DNA from: Eledone cirrhosa
Lineage: Eukaryota
Assembly: GCA_964016885.1 (NCBI GenBank)
Contig: OZ024746.1
Coordinates: 58,156,001 to 58,220,000 of the forward strand
Reading direction: 5' to 3'
DNA length: 64,000 bases
The position numbers and the translations under genes were made by a program. Each line of letters begins with the position of its first letter. The first letter of the stretch is position 1. Shown here piece by piece: positions 12,818 through 28,203 of this stretch. A model generated the notes under the pieces. That model searched no databases, was not told where the DNA came from, and saw nothing but the letters and a program-made list of their open reading frames with translations.

Positions 12818-13310
12818 GTGTGTACATGAATATATATTTATATATTGTTATATATATGTGTGTGTGTTTTTATGTGTGTATATGTGTTTGTGTGTGTGTT
12901 TATGGTTGCGCGTAAGTGTGTGAGTGAGTATGTGTTTTTTTGTTTTTTTGTGAATGTGTCTGTTGATTTTTGGCATATAGTTGATTAGTTTAAGAGAAGT
13001 TCGAAGATAATAGTAAGATATGCACTCAGTATTTTGAATCTGTCTGCAGAATTCTCTAGACCTTTGTCACTTAGTAGAACCTTAATGACTTTAGCTTTTA
13101 AAGAATCTCCCTTTTCTTTAATTCTATCGACTATGACTGACCCCCCACTGATTTTATAGACATCTGTTAGCTTAAGAGAAACTTATTGACAAGGAATAGT
13201 AGGCCAACCGTAACCTGTTTATAGAATTCTGTCTGCCCTTGTTACTCTAAAAACATAAATAAATAAAAAAATAAAAATAAAAATAAACTATAGCGTTGTA
13301 GAATTAGCTT

Positions 13311-13552
13311 TTAATGAATTCCCTTTTCTATCAACCAATGACCTGCACCCATCCCACTCCCCACCCTCTCCTACCACTTGTAGAGACCTATAAATACCAT
13401 ATTTATTTTGTGATACCCAGATTCCTGATGATTTCAAATGAATGAAACAGTTCTAGTCCTGTAGAATCTCATCTATATTAAAACTGTTATACTCTGCTAT
13501 GTATTGAGTACCTTACTTACTGTGGTTACCTCCGATTCAACCCGGAATAACG
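13311..13552 (+). repeat. pLTR-like repeat; inverted copy at 9194-9369
   Basis: 13311-13485 is the near-identical reverse complement of 9194-9369, followed by a ~65-bp extra tail before (TA)n; contains CTGATGA-t-ttca-aa-tgaa-t-GAAA. Confidence 0.8.
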
Positions 13553-13604
<52 letters not shown>

Positions 13605-13712
13605 TATTTATATAAATATAAATTTAGCGTGAATCGTATTTTGCCGGGTAGAAAATAAGCGAAACGCAATTTCTGAGTTATGCTGTCAATATATATATAT
13701 ATATATACATAT

Positions 13713-13870
13713 ACGATTGGCCCCATTGCTACTGTGGAACACCACCAGAGGTGGTTAGTCTCGGTGCTTTCTAAATGTATATCTATAAACATAGCGTGTT
13801 TCTTTAGAAATACGAAATTTCTATACATATCTATACACAGCTAGCTATGTCTGAAGCTAAATCTTAATTC

Positions 13871-13873
<3 letters not shown>
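13713..13873. repeat. Repeat; inverted copy at 8893-9071
   Basis: Reverse-complement match with one ~18-bp indel. Confidence 0.85.
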
Positions 13874-13936
<63 letters not shown>

Positions 13937-13954
13937 GTGTGTGTGTATGTATAT

Positions 13955-14073
13955 GTATGTATTCTGATCAATCTGACGATAATCTGAAATATGTTTCATA
14001 GAAAGTTATTGTTTAGATATGTATGTATGACAAGGTTATATGCTTTTATTTCTGTTATATTGCAATTAAAGGT
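13955..14073. repeat. Repeat; inverted copy at 7266-7388
   Basis: Reverse-complement match; includes a CTGACGA..GAAA remnant. Confidence 0.85.
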
Positions 14074-14114
14074 ATATGCATATATATGTATATGCATATA
14101 TATATATATATATA

Positions 14115-14182
<68 letters not shown>

Positions 14183-14681
14183 TATATGAATGTATGTATG
14201 TATATATATATATGTATATAAGACTGCGATTATCTGTTTCTCTCTTCCTCTTTTACTGCTCCCCCGTTCTCTCTGTTTCTCCCCTTACCACTTCCTCCCG
14301 TTCGTTAGTAGTGGGGTTCCTTCTTTCTCACACCTCATTCACGGCGTACGGTCTGCTTTTCTGACCTCTCATGAAATTCACCCAGGTTATGCTGACCGGA
14401 TAACTATCATGTGGCTTGCTGTTTTCCGACCTTCGGTTTGCTTTTCCTTCTTGTTGTTTACTTGTCTCACTCGCTTTACGCAATTCACTTGTCCCAATAG
14501 CTTATTTTAGTTATTGCTCGCACCAACCTGAGGTATCTGATTTTTAATGCGATGAAATACCAATGATGAATGGCAAATCACTGATGAGGACTAATTTTAT
14601 AATATGTAACCCATGTGCAACCACGCAGTATTCTTCTCCCCTTGTTTTTCATATATATTTATATATATATATATGTGTCTG

Positions 14682-14804
14682 TGTAATAAATGACACAATG
14701 CAATTATTCAATTTACCAAAACTTTCGCGAAGACAGGTGAGCTCAACAGAGATGTTTCGTGAAAACTTTGGTAAATGGAATAGTTGTATTGTGTTGTTTA
14801 TTAC
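14682..14804. repeat. Imperfect ~50-bp-arm fold-back in a TA-flanked mini-element
   Basis: tgtaataaatgacacaatgcaattattc.. / ..gaatagttgtattgtgttgtttattaca. Confidence 0.75.
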
Positions 14805-14902
14805 ATATTTAAATAGCTCTGTAGCATACATGGAGCATTCGCCTTTCCTTTAACCATTCTAAGGAAATACTTCATATATATATATCTATGTGTGTGTTTA
14901 TG

Positions 14903-14938
<36 letters not shown>

Positions 14939-15124
14939 GAGGTTATATATAATTTGAAAATGTTTATAACTGATATAAAGCACTCAACATGTAAGTGGAG
15001 TAATATACAATATATTAATAAATGGCAACTATATTTATGAAAAAAATATTTATTTTATTATACATATTTCAAGGGCAACCAAGCATTTCCAGCTAACCTT
15101 ACTCTCCTTGTGTTACCTTTACGA

Positions 15125-15800
15125 TGACTTTTCGAAGGCTCCCGTAAAGCTCTAAGTTTTCCGTCCTCAGTGTATACTGATTAATGTTCAGAGCCATTCT
15201 CAGCATTCTTGTGTACCCCCATCCAGTATCAGAGTCATTTTCTTGGTCAGTGTCTAAGTCTCAGACCCGTACAGTAGCAACGAAGAGACGGATATTCATG
15301 TCTTTACAAAGGTCCTATTTCCACACCGACTGAAACTGTGTACGCCGCCCAGGATTTGCTCTTCCTCTCAAGCACATCATCCTGTGTTTCCAGCCTTTCC
15401 CCATATACAGAAGTCCTGAACCAACCCTAGCGACTTCCCGCCTACATTCATAAACTTCTCTGGCTTCTTAATGTTCTCTACCATATATTTCCTTGTTTAA
15501 TCTCATTCATTCTCAGCCCTAAACTCATCAGCACATCTCAACTTCCTGCCTCAACTGCTCTGCCTCCTTCACTATATTTATCAACAGAATGTTATCAGCA
15601 AATTCAGCATCTAATATCTTTTAATGCTACAGTGCTACAGTAAAGCTAGAGTCCTGGTGCTTCTCCAGCGAAAGGCGCATACAATAGACAACTGCGATCA
15701 AAAAATGGGAGGGAGACACTGTATCTCCCTGGAGCATTCCACGCAGTATCTCAAGGAGCTCTGTCATGTCGTCAAGTGTAAAGACTTAGTCTCTGGTGTT
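15125..15800 (-). pseudogene. Degenerate RTE-type LINE reverse transcriptase fragment
   Basis: Minus-strand pieces GMLQGDTVSP..VVYCMR, DAEFADNILL, RMLRMALNI..NLELYG with frameshifts. Confidence 0.75.
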
Positions 15801-15815
15801 GCTGTATATATATAT

Positions 15816-15889
<74 letters not shown>

Positions 15890-15891
<2 letters not shown>

Positions 15892-16076
15892 CAAAGGAAA
15901 TGTGGTAAGGAACCAGATGGACCATAACGCACCAGAGTACTCAATACTTAGGGTAGTCGAGAGTGGGAAATAGGAAAAAGTATGACCCCAACAGCAGAGC
16001 TCAAGCCGTTTCGATAGCTATATCCAGAAATTGCCGTCGAAACGGCTTGAGCCCTGCCGTTGGGGTCATATTGTTT

Positions 16077-16081
<5 letters not shown>
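15890..16081. repeat. Short TA-embedded repeat with ~45-bp-arm hairpin (15970-16081)
   Basis: taggaaaaagtatgaccccaac..gccgtttcga / tcgaaacggc..gttggggtcatattgtttccta. Confidence 0.8.
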
Positions 16082-16120
<39 letters not shown>

Positions 16121-16415
16121 ATATGTATATATATAGCATTCGCTGAATCAGCATCGTATCAAATTATTTCAAATTAACAATATTATTAATTAATGAGTTA
16201 ATGAATTACATAATTAGTTCATTAATTGACTTATCAAGATATTAAAAATTAATTTAGCATTGCTGAAAATTGCAATATATTCCAGTTCAAAGCGACACAC
16301 AATAATTGTTAAGAGAAATTATACGAAGTCGTTCAAATAAATATTAAATCAAATACAGTTTCATGACAGAGAAAATATAATAAATCCCCTCCTACTGATA
16401 TATGTGATTTGTTGT

Positions 16416-16456
<41 letters not shown>

Positions 16457-16465
16457 CACACACAT

Positions 16466-16584
<119 letters not shown>

Positions 16585-16661
16585 CACACCTACACACACA
16601 AACACATACACCCCCTCCCCCCCACACACACAGACATGCACCCAACCTACATCCAAACTGA

Positions 16662-17437
16662 AAAATTTTCCCCATTTACAAATTCATAGACAACGCTACT
16701 TTCATCCAACGTACCAATAAGGAAACGTATCTCATTAACAAATTACAGCCTCTACTTAATGCACTAAACTTCGGACTAAACTGAAACTGGAACGAACAAT
16801 GAAACATTTACAAATACCTATGTCTCTCTCAAGAGTTACCTCCCTTTACACCCTACCTTATCCTTTTTCTTAAATAAATTAAATATCATCTACTTTCCTC
16901 TCCCACCCTGGATTACCTCCCCCTGCATATTAACTCTCTGAAAAGGGAAATCATATCAAACCCCAGTCCAACATTTTCCTACATCATGGATCAACTAAGC
17001 ACTCGTGCTATATTAACACATTTTGATCTGCTTATCTTCAAGAAAGATGTTCTTTCACATTGCCTGATTATGCTCCACAATACGCTCCTTTTTTTTTTTT
17101 TTTTTTTTTCACTTCATAAACCGTGTGTGTAAATAACATTATTCTTTCTGCACCATTTCTTTAACATATCCAACACCACCATACTACAACAATACATATT
17201 ATTATCATTTGATAATGAATAAAAATGCTGAAACCGGTAATAGACAATTATTAAATATATAAATAATTAAATAAAAGCCATTGTTAATTAATTAATAAAT
17301 CAACTAATACATTAACACTTCACACAAAGTAAAATATTTCGTTTTAATCGTTTTCTAACCCAGAAAAAAGAGAGAAAAAATAAAAAGGAAAACAAAATGT
17401 TTTTCTTCATAATAATCATCTTTTTCTCCCTGTTTTC
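16662..17437 (+). mobile_element. PLE 3' remnant (distinct GIY-YIG C-terminus) with decayed HHR
   Basis: 16662-16784 reads [33 protein letters not shown] (R..E..I...P.LN motif); TTGATAA..GAAA-CCGG-TA near 17209-17240. Confidence 0.65.
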
Positions 17438-17700
17438 ATATATATATATATATATATACAAAATTAAAATTAAGGGTTGTCATGTCTGAGAGACATGCGC
17501 CATATCAACCGTAAAATAAGCTCAAAGATTAGATCCAAGCATTACATATCAACTAGAAATAGATTGACATATATATATATATAAAATAAACATATGAAAG
17601 AATCACAGGGAATAATTTGTAAAGAATTTAAGCACACATAGCTAGGTAGGTAACTAATTAAATTTTAACTAGAACTTCAAATATAGATACCTTTTTAAAT

Positions 17701-17759
17701 GATTAATCTCCGTTGTATATATTTCTTTAAGTAAGAAATATATACAACGGAGATTAATC
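17701..17759. repeat. Perfect 27-bp-stem hairpin
   Basis: gattaatctccgttgtatatatttctt-taagt-aagaaatatatacaacggagattaatc. Confidence 0.9.
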
Positions 17760-17920
17760 CGTAAATCACAGCAGTTAAATTCTTGGATGTTCACCAAAGG
17801 AGAAGAAGATAACCCTCTGCGTTTACAAAGCAAATGCAAATCTGTGAATGACACGAACCACATGCTGGATTTTTTTTTAAATACACACATATATATATAT
17901 ATGTTTCTCTCTCTCTCTCT

Positions 17921-17975
<55 letters not shown>

Positions 17976-17976
<1 letters not shown>

Positions 17977-18343
17977 CATAAGAAACGGTGGATCAGTGTT
18001 GCGACGAATACAAGTTATTAGTAATATTACAATCGTTTCTCTGGCGAGCAGCTCGAGGCTCGATCGATGTAATGATCGAACCTGACTCTGAAATCGCAAC
18101 GTCGTCAGAAACTCTAGATTCTATGAAGCAGAGTAGAATCGAGACGTATCTGACGACCTTGCGATATCAGAGTCAGGTTCGATCATTACATCGATCGTGC
18201 CTCGATCTGGTCGCAAAAGAACCGACAGTAATATGTCTAATACACTGATTCTACGTTTCTTATGTGATATCATACTCTGCTCTGCAAGAGCATCGAGTGC
18301 TCATACGGCATACCGCTTACGGACGCTCTAAGCATCCCACACC

Positions 18344-18346
<3 letters not shown>
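17976..18346 (+). mobile_element. Fold-back mini-element (arms 17976-18123 / 18134-18265, plus tail) with HHR-like motif in each arm
   Basis: Right arm: cgtat CTGACGA ccttgcga..tcgcaaaa GAAC cgacag TA atatg; the left arm retains GAAA; TA-flanked. Confidence 0.75.
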
Positions 18347-18389
<43 letters not shown>

Positions 18390-18451
18390 CAATTCTTTAA
18401 AATTTAAATGACACCAAAGTTTAAAATATCTTGGGTGTCATTTAAATGTTA

Positions 18452-18511
<60 letters not shown>

Positions 18512-18520
18512 GTGTGTGTC

Positions 18521-18914
18521 TGTGTATAGTATATTTGATAATATACTGTATGTTTATTTAAAACATTTTGATGACCATTCGCTATGAGTTTTAAGTAGTG
18601 ATTATTTCACTTACTTTGTCGCGGCAAAAATAAAGGGAAGCAACCCAGAGCTGTTTCTCGTTTGTTAACGGTTATCAATATTGCTTATCCTCTCCCTTCT
18701 CCTAAGACTTATCGGAGCTGGATTCGTATATAATTCCGATGATGTTTAAGAGCTGATTAAGCAGAGCAGTTGCCGGTCCAACAAAAGTTAGAAATTAGAA
18801 TCAGTGCTCTGAAATAGCGAAGCATATACAACTGTATCTATAGTATATTTGATGATATATTGTATGTTTATTTTAAACATTTTGAAGACCATTACCTATG
18901 AGTTTTAAGTAGTG
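18521..18914. repeat. Partial tandem (~314-bp period), same family as 23345-23802
   Basis: 18521-18600 repeats at 18835-18914; shares gtgctctgaaatagcga..tatagtatatttg with 23350-23400. Confidence 0.75.
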
Positions 18915-20974
18915 TCTAATATAAAAATGTATTTTCAAATATTTACGGCCAATGGATGCAGATTATGCATAAGAAAACGGGTATTGTTAGTGATTGTGTG
19001 TGCATATAGAAAGGAGTTAAGAAGAAATGTTGTATAGAGTCGGAAAATTCTGTAAATCCAATATTGAATGAGACACATAGAAGAAAAAAACAATTCCAGA
19101 AATTCAACGACCCGCTACAAGCGTGAAAACCCAAGAATATCATAGGTATAAAAGAAAATTGAAATTGTCAGTATTTTAAGGCTGGAAGCTGCAGATATTT
19201 CTCACTTGTTAGGTTTACACACATCATCACTCCCCCATCCCCATAGAACTTTCAACGGAAAAAAATGATATGAAAATATCATGAAAAAGACATCTGTACC
19301 TCATTGGATTATAATAATGGGCGCTTAGACAACGGGAATACCACTTTCTAAAATATTGGTTATTATCTGATTACAAGCCTAAGCAAAATGTCTAGTAATC
19401 ACGTAAACTGGAGGGTTCACTTCAGAGATTCCTTCTCTTAGAGTCTAGGACCTAGACGAATGCTGTAGCAACCGCTGGGAGTCCTTCACTCGTGGGTGTT
19501 CATTTCGAATCAGGAGATACAATTCCGAAGGCCTGGGTACGACCTGTGTTGACAATTGCAAACGATGTCACACAATGGGATCAAATCAAGAGATACCTGG
19601 TTGGATCCAATTGCTTGACATCATTTGCAAGTGTCTACTCAGGTGGTACCTAGGCCTTCAGAATGAAGTTGGGAAGACAAGCTGTTAATTAGGCTGGAAA
19701 TTGCATGTAAAAATAACGAAACGCAGAAAGTTTAATTCAGCTGGACGTTTAGTTGATCATACAACGGAGTGCACATTCTAAAGTCCGACAGCGGATCTAT
19801 GTTAACCGACAAAACATACAAGTAAGCTCAACATTGCAAACAAAAACAGGTTTAAATGATGACTATAGTGATATTTCTTGGTTACTCATCGACTATTTCC
19901 CATTTTGCAGATCTATTTTCAAATGTATTCCTCTCGATTATTTGAGCTTATTTAGATCTGAGTTAACGATTTTCTTGCCAAAGCAGAAGGGTGCCCACCT
20001 TGTTTATTTTAAAGTGTTCATATTTACCTAAATTCCTTTTAATTATGGTCCAGGAAATATAGTAATTATTAGAACGTTAGTTATGTTGCTACATCATTTT
20101 TGGGGATATTTGCAAATGCTTTATAATTAATAGGCAGTATCGTTTATTTGAAATATGATAGCGGGTGAGTTAAACAACTATTTGTACGTTTCTTATTAGT
20201 ATATCTTGAGATTCAAGGAAACATATGACTGCTATCTCTAACAAGTAGGTCGTTCACGCTACAAACACAGCTTTGATAATTCTTAGTGCAAAGATCTAGA
20301 CTGTGCAACACTGAATTGGACTTGATACACTATCTGAATACTAAGTACATTTCAGTCGGCCTAGCAGCAGAACCGCAAAACGCCGATATGTGGCTATATT
20401 CAGGAAAGTTTGTCACGTTTGAGAAAACATAGACCATTGGTCGCATAATTTATAATTTTACACACACATTTCCTCGGTTGCTTTGTCAATATTTGCCAAA
20501 CAAACCATAATGTATATATTTAGTATAATTATACATTCAGTTATAAAAATGGAAATATAATTTCAAGATATTTTTCTGCTTTCTGTACGAGTTAAGTATC
20601 TCATAAAATGTTGTCATGATGCAGACAGACGACGAGTTTAAGGTCGAATTTGTTGTAGCCCAATAATTTTCTATTCAGACAAAAATAAAATAAAAGAGAA
20701 AGGGTGAGCAATTGGAAATTTGTTTAGAACAGTTGCGACATTTACTGAGGGAGGGACATGGGTGGGTAGGCGGTTTAGCTGTATAAAAGAGACAAACACC
20801 AATGAACCATTGTTGAAACAAGCGAATTGCTTGGAAATTGAGTTATTGCGCAAATATAGTAGTTTTCAGTCTAGTAAGTGCCGGTCTTAATGTTATAAAT
20901 CTATAAGATAGATTAATGTTGTAGACACAAATCATTAGTTTTAATAGAATGGAAATAGTATGAAAATGTTGGTG

Positions 20975-21066
20975 CACACACACACACATACATACACACA
21001 CACACACTCACACATATACAAGTATATATAGATATATATATATGTGTATGTGTGTGTGTATCTGTG

Positions 21067-21124
<58 letters not shown>

Positions 21125-21172
21125 CATTTATATATGTATATATGTATATATGTATATATGTCTATATATGTC

Positions 21173-21259
<87 letters not shown>

Positions 21260-21366
21260 ACATGTATATATATATATATGTGTGTGAATATATGTATACA
21301 TGTATCTCATAAAATTTATATACACACATATATCACACACATATATATATGTATATATATATACAT

Positions 21367-21440
<74 letters not shown>

Positions 21441-21485
21441 ATGTATATATATATATACACACATATATATATGTATATATACATG
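20975..21485. repeat. (TA)n/(CA)n compound microsatellite
   Basis: Direct reading. Confidence 0.9.
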
Positions 21486-22932
21486 TAATGTCTAGAACGA
21501 AATTGTACGTTTGTAATGTAAATAGCATTTTCAGATAGAGTTGGTTCAACCAGTTTCTGTTCTGACCAAACATATCGTGGCAGTACATTTTATTTACTGT
21601 ATTTGTAATTTTATGTAAAGCCGGCGTTGTTTGGTGAAGTGCTTCAATATGAGTATATAAGTATAGTACAATTTTGAGGCCATGTTCATGACGATGGATA
21701 TGGAAACTTCGTAATTGTAGTACGTCTAGTGTATTTTACAAAATACCTTGATTGTTTATCGTTTCATGATGATCATTCATTCGTCTGATGAATTGAACGA
21801 CGGAGTCCTACATTACTGCTTGCAGTTGGATATTCCGGACACCTACGTTTAAATTATTTCTTAGATAGAATCAGCGTGTCACTGTGTGTGAATTACGGGT
21901 ATTCTTTCTTGTATTACAATACGAGTGGTTGTTGTTCCAGTCTTACGTGATTCTTTAATGATATTTTTAACGAGAATCAGCTTGGTACAATACGTAGCAA
22001 GGTTGGTCCTTTGAAATACAGCGACAAATCATCCACCAGCCTTCATCAGAAGTACCCTTACAAGGATTGTGTTTACCCATGATGTCTTGTCTACAAAATA
22101 AACTTCTTAAAAACTAAGACAGACTGCATATTACTGGAACGATAAACAAACCTCTATTTGGTTTTGGGAGCGCGGTTATGTGTGAGTTGTTTTTAGTTTA
22201 AACTATACATGCACTAACGAAAGGAAATGTTATTGATTGTACAGAAATTAACATCATTCAGACAGACTGTTTACTTCGAAATGGCCTCGATACAGGCTTA
22301 TGAAAACAACTGCTTTACTGGTGTATAAAATGAAGCACAGAAAAAAATTAACTGAGAACAAATAAACATATTTTTGTACATTTTACCCATAAATTCAAAA
22401 ATACTTAAAGCAGGTATTTATACTTATAAGTATATACATACAAGTGACCGATATATATATAAACTTTATTACGATATTCAATTTGTAGTTTTACATTTTG
22501 TAATTTATTCTTAACCTGAAGTAGTGTTCAGCTTTGACATGAAGGAACTGTCCGTTCGCTCCGTCTCTCTGTGGTATAATTTAATATCAGGCTCTAATTC
22601 ACATTAGCTTTCTATTCCTCAATACTCGATACGACAATGTACCAACCTCGAGCGGTAGAATGGTGCAATAGTTAGAGAGTGAGTTTACACTCTTGCAATA
22701 TTTATTACGGTTCGTTGGGTTATATCTATACAATATTGTCTACCTTCATTTATCGTCGCCTTCACTCCATTGTAAGAATTCATTTTGAGGATACTGGTAT
22801 AACCCTTTCCCCCCCCCCCCCCCCCCCCAGAATAAGCTCATATAAAATCTTAAAATATTCTGTACATATGGAACAGCGATATAAGCTTTGATCTGTTTAT
22901 AGTGACCTTTCAACCCTTGTAACACTGGGTAA

Positions 22933-22982
<50 letters not shown>

Positions 22983-23048
22983 TATATATATAAGTATATA
23001 AATATATATGTATATAAATATACATATGTGTGTGTGTATATATATATG

Positions 23049-23080
<32 letters not shown>

Positions 23081-23103
23081 CAGAATATATATATATATAT
23101 ACA

Positions 23104-23188
<85 letters not shown>

Positions 23189-23274
23189 CACACACACATA
23201 TATATATATATACACACACACATATGTATATTTATATACATATATATTTATATACTTCTATATATATTTATATA

Positions 23275-23337
<63 letters not shown>

Positions 23338-23344
23338 TATTAGG

Positions 23345-23802
23345 ATTGGTGCTCTGAAATAGCGATGTCTACATGAATGTATGTATAGTATATTTGGCAA
23401 TATACCGTATGTTTAATTAAACACATTTTGAAGACCTTGCGCTATCATGTTTAAAGTAGTGACTATGACACTTACTTCTTTTTTTCGGCAAAATAAGGGG
23501 GAGAAGCTAACAAAGTCTGTTTCACACTGTTGGTGATCATCAGAGCAACCGAAAATCATAGAAGTTGATTATACAGAGCGATTGCCTGATTATTACTGGA
23601 ATTCTATAAGAATCCAGCTCCTATGATTTTCGGCTCTGATGATCACCAACAATGTGAAACAGATTCTGTTAGCTTCTCCCCCTTCTTTTGCCGAAAAAAA
23701 GAAGTGACATAGTCACTACTTTAAAAATGATAGCGCAAGTTCTTCAAAATATTTTAAATTAAACATACGGTATATTGCCAAATATACTATACATACATTC
23801 AT
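23345..23802. mobile_element. Fold-back mini-element with ~195-bp arms and HHR motif
   Basis: 23373-23570 inverted to 23611-23802; TA-flanked. Confidence 0.85.
23632..23674 (+). ncRNA. Type I hammerhead-like motif
   Basis: ggct CTGATGA t ca-ccaacaa-tg t GAAA cag-att-ctg TT agct; weak stem II; GUU triplet. Confidence 0.6.
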
Positions 23803-23858
23803 ATATATATATATATATATACATCTATACACACACACTCACACACATATATATATAC

Positions 23859-23923
<65 letters not shown>

Positions 23924-25132
23924 TATACACACACACTACACATATGTATATATACATTTATATATATATATATATACACCAACAGTAACCGGACATCTCT
24001 ATGAGCTAGGAGCTACGATGAGAAGTTACAAAATGTCTGACATTGTCTGAACACTTCAACTTTCCTTCCTTCCTGTCAACCAATAAATGTTAGACATCAA
24101 TATATTGATGATAGTTTTTATCATTATTATCATCAACATCTACACCAGTGTCATAATCATCACCCCGTCATCATCATCAGCAGCAGCATCATATTTATTA
24201 TCCTTATTATCAACTTGAGTCACTTAAGCTTTAGTAGTTTCTGTTTAAATACAATAAACGTTCGTGGTTCTTTTCATATATATATCCATCATATTCGTAT
24301 TAATGTTATCATTTCTGTTGCATTATATTGTTTTTACTATTATTTTTTTTTATATTATTGATGTTCATATTTTTTATGCTAGTCGCTGGTTTTAAAGTCG
24401 TGCATTTTGGCAAAACTTTTGCTCATATAGCACACATATTGTGTTGTCTTTACCGTTCCAGACCTATATATATTTGCTTCAAATCCAGTGAGCATGCTCT
24501 TCCAAGAGTGAGGAAAAGTCAATATATAGAAGTGTAAACATGTAGATTTTTATGACTTTATTTTCTCATAACATATTATGATGTTTAGCTAATATCTTCC
24601 AGTAACATTCACATCTATATTCTAATAAAATACATATACTAAAGAAGCAAACTTGTTTATTTGTTCTACTATATATTCAGTTATTGCTTCTTTGAAATTA
24701 AAACTTTATAAATACGAAAATAAAAATGAAAGTGAATGAAAAACATCGCAGCATGTCGTTCAACAGAGACATTAAACGTATCCAATAAGATACAAATTGT
24801 CAAATTAAGAGGAAGTACATCTCCTACGCAGAAATTATTGAAATATTACGGTGACATGATGCCAGAAAGCTGTTAGTGTAAAACGGAACGCTGCATATAA
24901 ACATCTATTTTTAATTATGTAAATTAAAGCAGCTAATAACTAATAACAGAAGGGAAATAACTCTTCATAACCGAGAGTCTTCTTCATTATATATATCGTT
25001 TTCCCTTTCTTACGAAACCTCACTCTCTGTACACATGCGTGAGTGAGCTGGCTCTCTTACACACCCACATACTTATATGTACATACACTTGGGGTGAGGA
25101 GGTATCAATACACGTAGCCTGTTAAATATATT

Positions 25133-25280
25133 TAATTGTTTCTACATTTTGTACAAGGCCAGCAATTAAGCAGTGCATTACTGGTACTTTATTTTATGAA
25201 ACCTGTAAGGAGGAAAGGCAAAGTTAACCTCGGCGCGATTTGAAATCAGAACGTAAAGGGCCATAACTATGCTGCAAGCA
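25133..25280 (-). mobile_element. SINE family A copy (5'-truncated)
   Basis: Reverse complement of the core and tail. Confidence 0.8.
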
Positions 25281-25489
25281 TATGTAATGCGTGAGTATTA
25301 GACCCGCGTCGGTACCAAAAACCATTGTTTAACTTTGTTGATCAACCGAACATAATACAATTTAATTTAACATACAATTAATTGAGACTTCCATTGTACG
25401 AATACAAATAATATAATTCTCAGAGGATTATGCGTTTCATAGCGTGTGAATTAAAAATATATATAGAGAAATATAATGCCTACCTCAAT

Positions 25490-26783
<1,294 letters not shown>

Positions 26784-27766
26784 GTATATATATATACATA
26801 TATGTATATATATGTGTATATATACATATCTATATATAGGATTAAAATCTACCAATAATGTGAATGTTTCCTTGCTGAATTGAAAGAGATACATATAAGC
26901 CAATTACGCTAATACTGCATTGAGGTACGTAATGATATTAATTTGAATAAAACAAATAGATTATTTTACTGCACTTAGTTGCTAAGATGTATGGTTTTGT
27001 TCCTTTTGTTGTCATTATAAGCATTACAGCACCTATACACAATGTTTTTTTTAGTTTAAATCCAATGCAAGTATATTACTATCTATGACATTTTTACCAA
27101 AAATATATCATGAAACTAGAAGTAATAATGTTAAACACCAGTCAATAATTATTCCTTGGTTACCTCTCAAGTGTTTTATACACCCAATAATGATATAATA
27201 CTTTTCTCTCATTACAATCCCATATAAACATTCACACTCTCATATAACGATTATCTCTACTCAATATTCGTTATTAGTGTCACAAAATGAGATACATGAA
27301 AATAATTTGTGATTTGTTAAAAAAACATAATATATCTGAATTCAAAATTTAATACGTTTTCATAAACCTTGAGAGGAAAATCATGAAATCGTGTTTGCTT
27401 TAATTTTGTTTATTTGTTTATTTTATTTATTTATTCTGTTATTCATTTTTTTTTTTTTTTTGTATTATATTGGGAATTATATTGATAAACATAAGCATTG
27501 TATATAAATCTTAATATTTGGCAATCTTGCTATCATACGGTTTTTCTATAATGGAATTTATAACGATATTTCAAAATCGAAGGTTATTACCTAATGTAAA
27601 TAGGAACATTCTGACATTAATGAAATCCTCTTTTGATATATATTTTTCCATACATATACAATATGTCATGTCTCTACCTATATAGCATGCTCTAAATATA
27701 TAGCATAAATGAAAATCTGTCGTAGTAAAATATAATTGAATCCAGCGAATGATTCTCCTTGTGACG

Positions 27767-28010
27767 CTAAACTCCGCCAGTTGCAGACTGCACATTAACA
27801 TGTGATATCTCTCTCCACAAAATTCGATCACCAGCAGCAGAGTTCAAAGGGCAAATATCAAGTCCAGTCCATAAGTTGACATTGTCAAGCCATCGTTTTG
27901 GCTGTCGGCCTCCGCTTCTCTTACCAGCCAACCTTCGTTCCAGGCATAACCTACTCACACCACGAGTTGATCCTTTTATATGGCCGTATAGTTTGAGTAC
28001 TCTTCACTTG
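27767..28010 (-). pseudogene. RTE-clade LINE C-terminal fragment
   Basis: LKLYGHI..LERRLAGKRSGGRQPKRWLDNVNLWTGL..AAGDRILWR matches the RTE C-terminal pattern. Confidence 0.8.
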
Positions 28011-28203
28011 ACAATAATATTGTAGCGCAATACTATGTTGAACAATTCCAGCTACCTCATTATCTATGTAAGAGTTCTATCTACATATATTTCAGAATTA
28101 TTATGCATCATCAACAACGCATAGACAGTGATGTATGAATGCATTCTTTTAAATTTCGTAAACTTTCTCTGTTGAAATCTTCTTTATACAAAGTAAATAA
28201 TAA

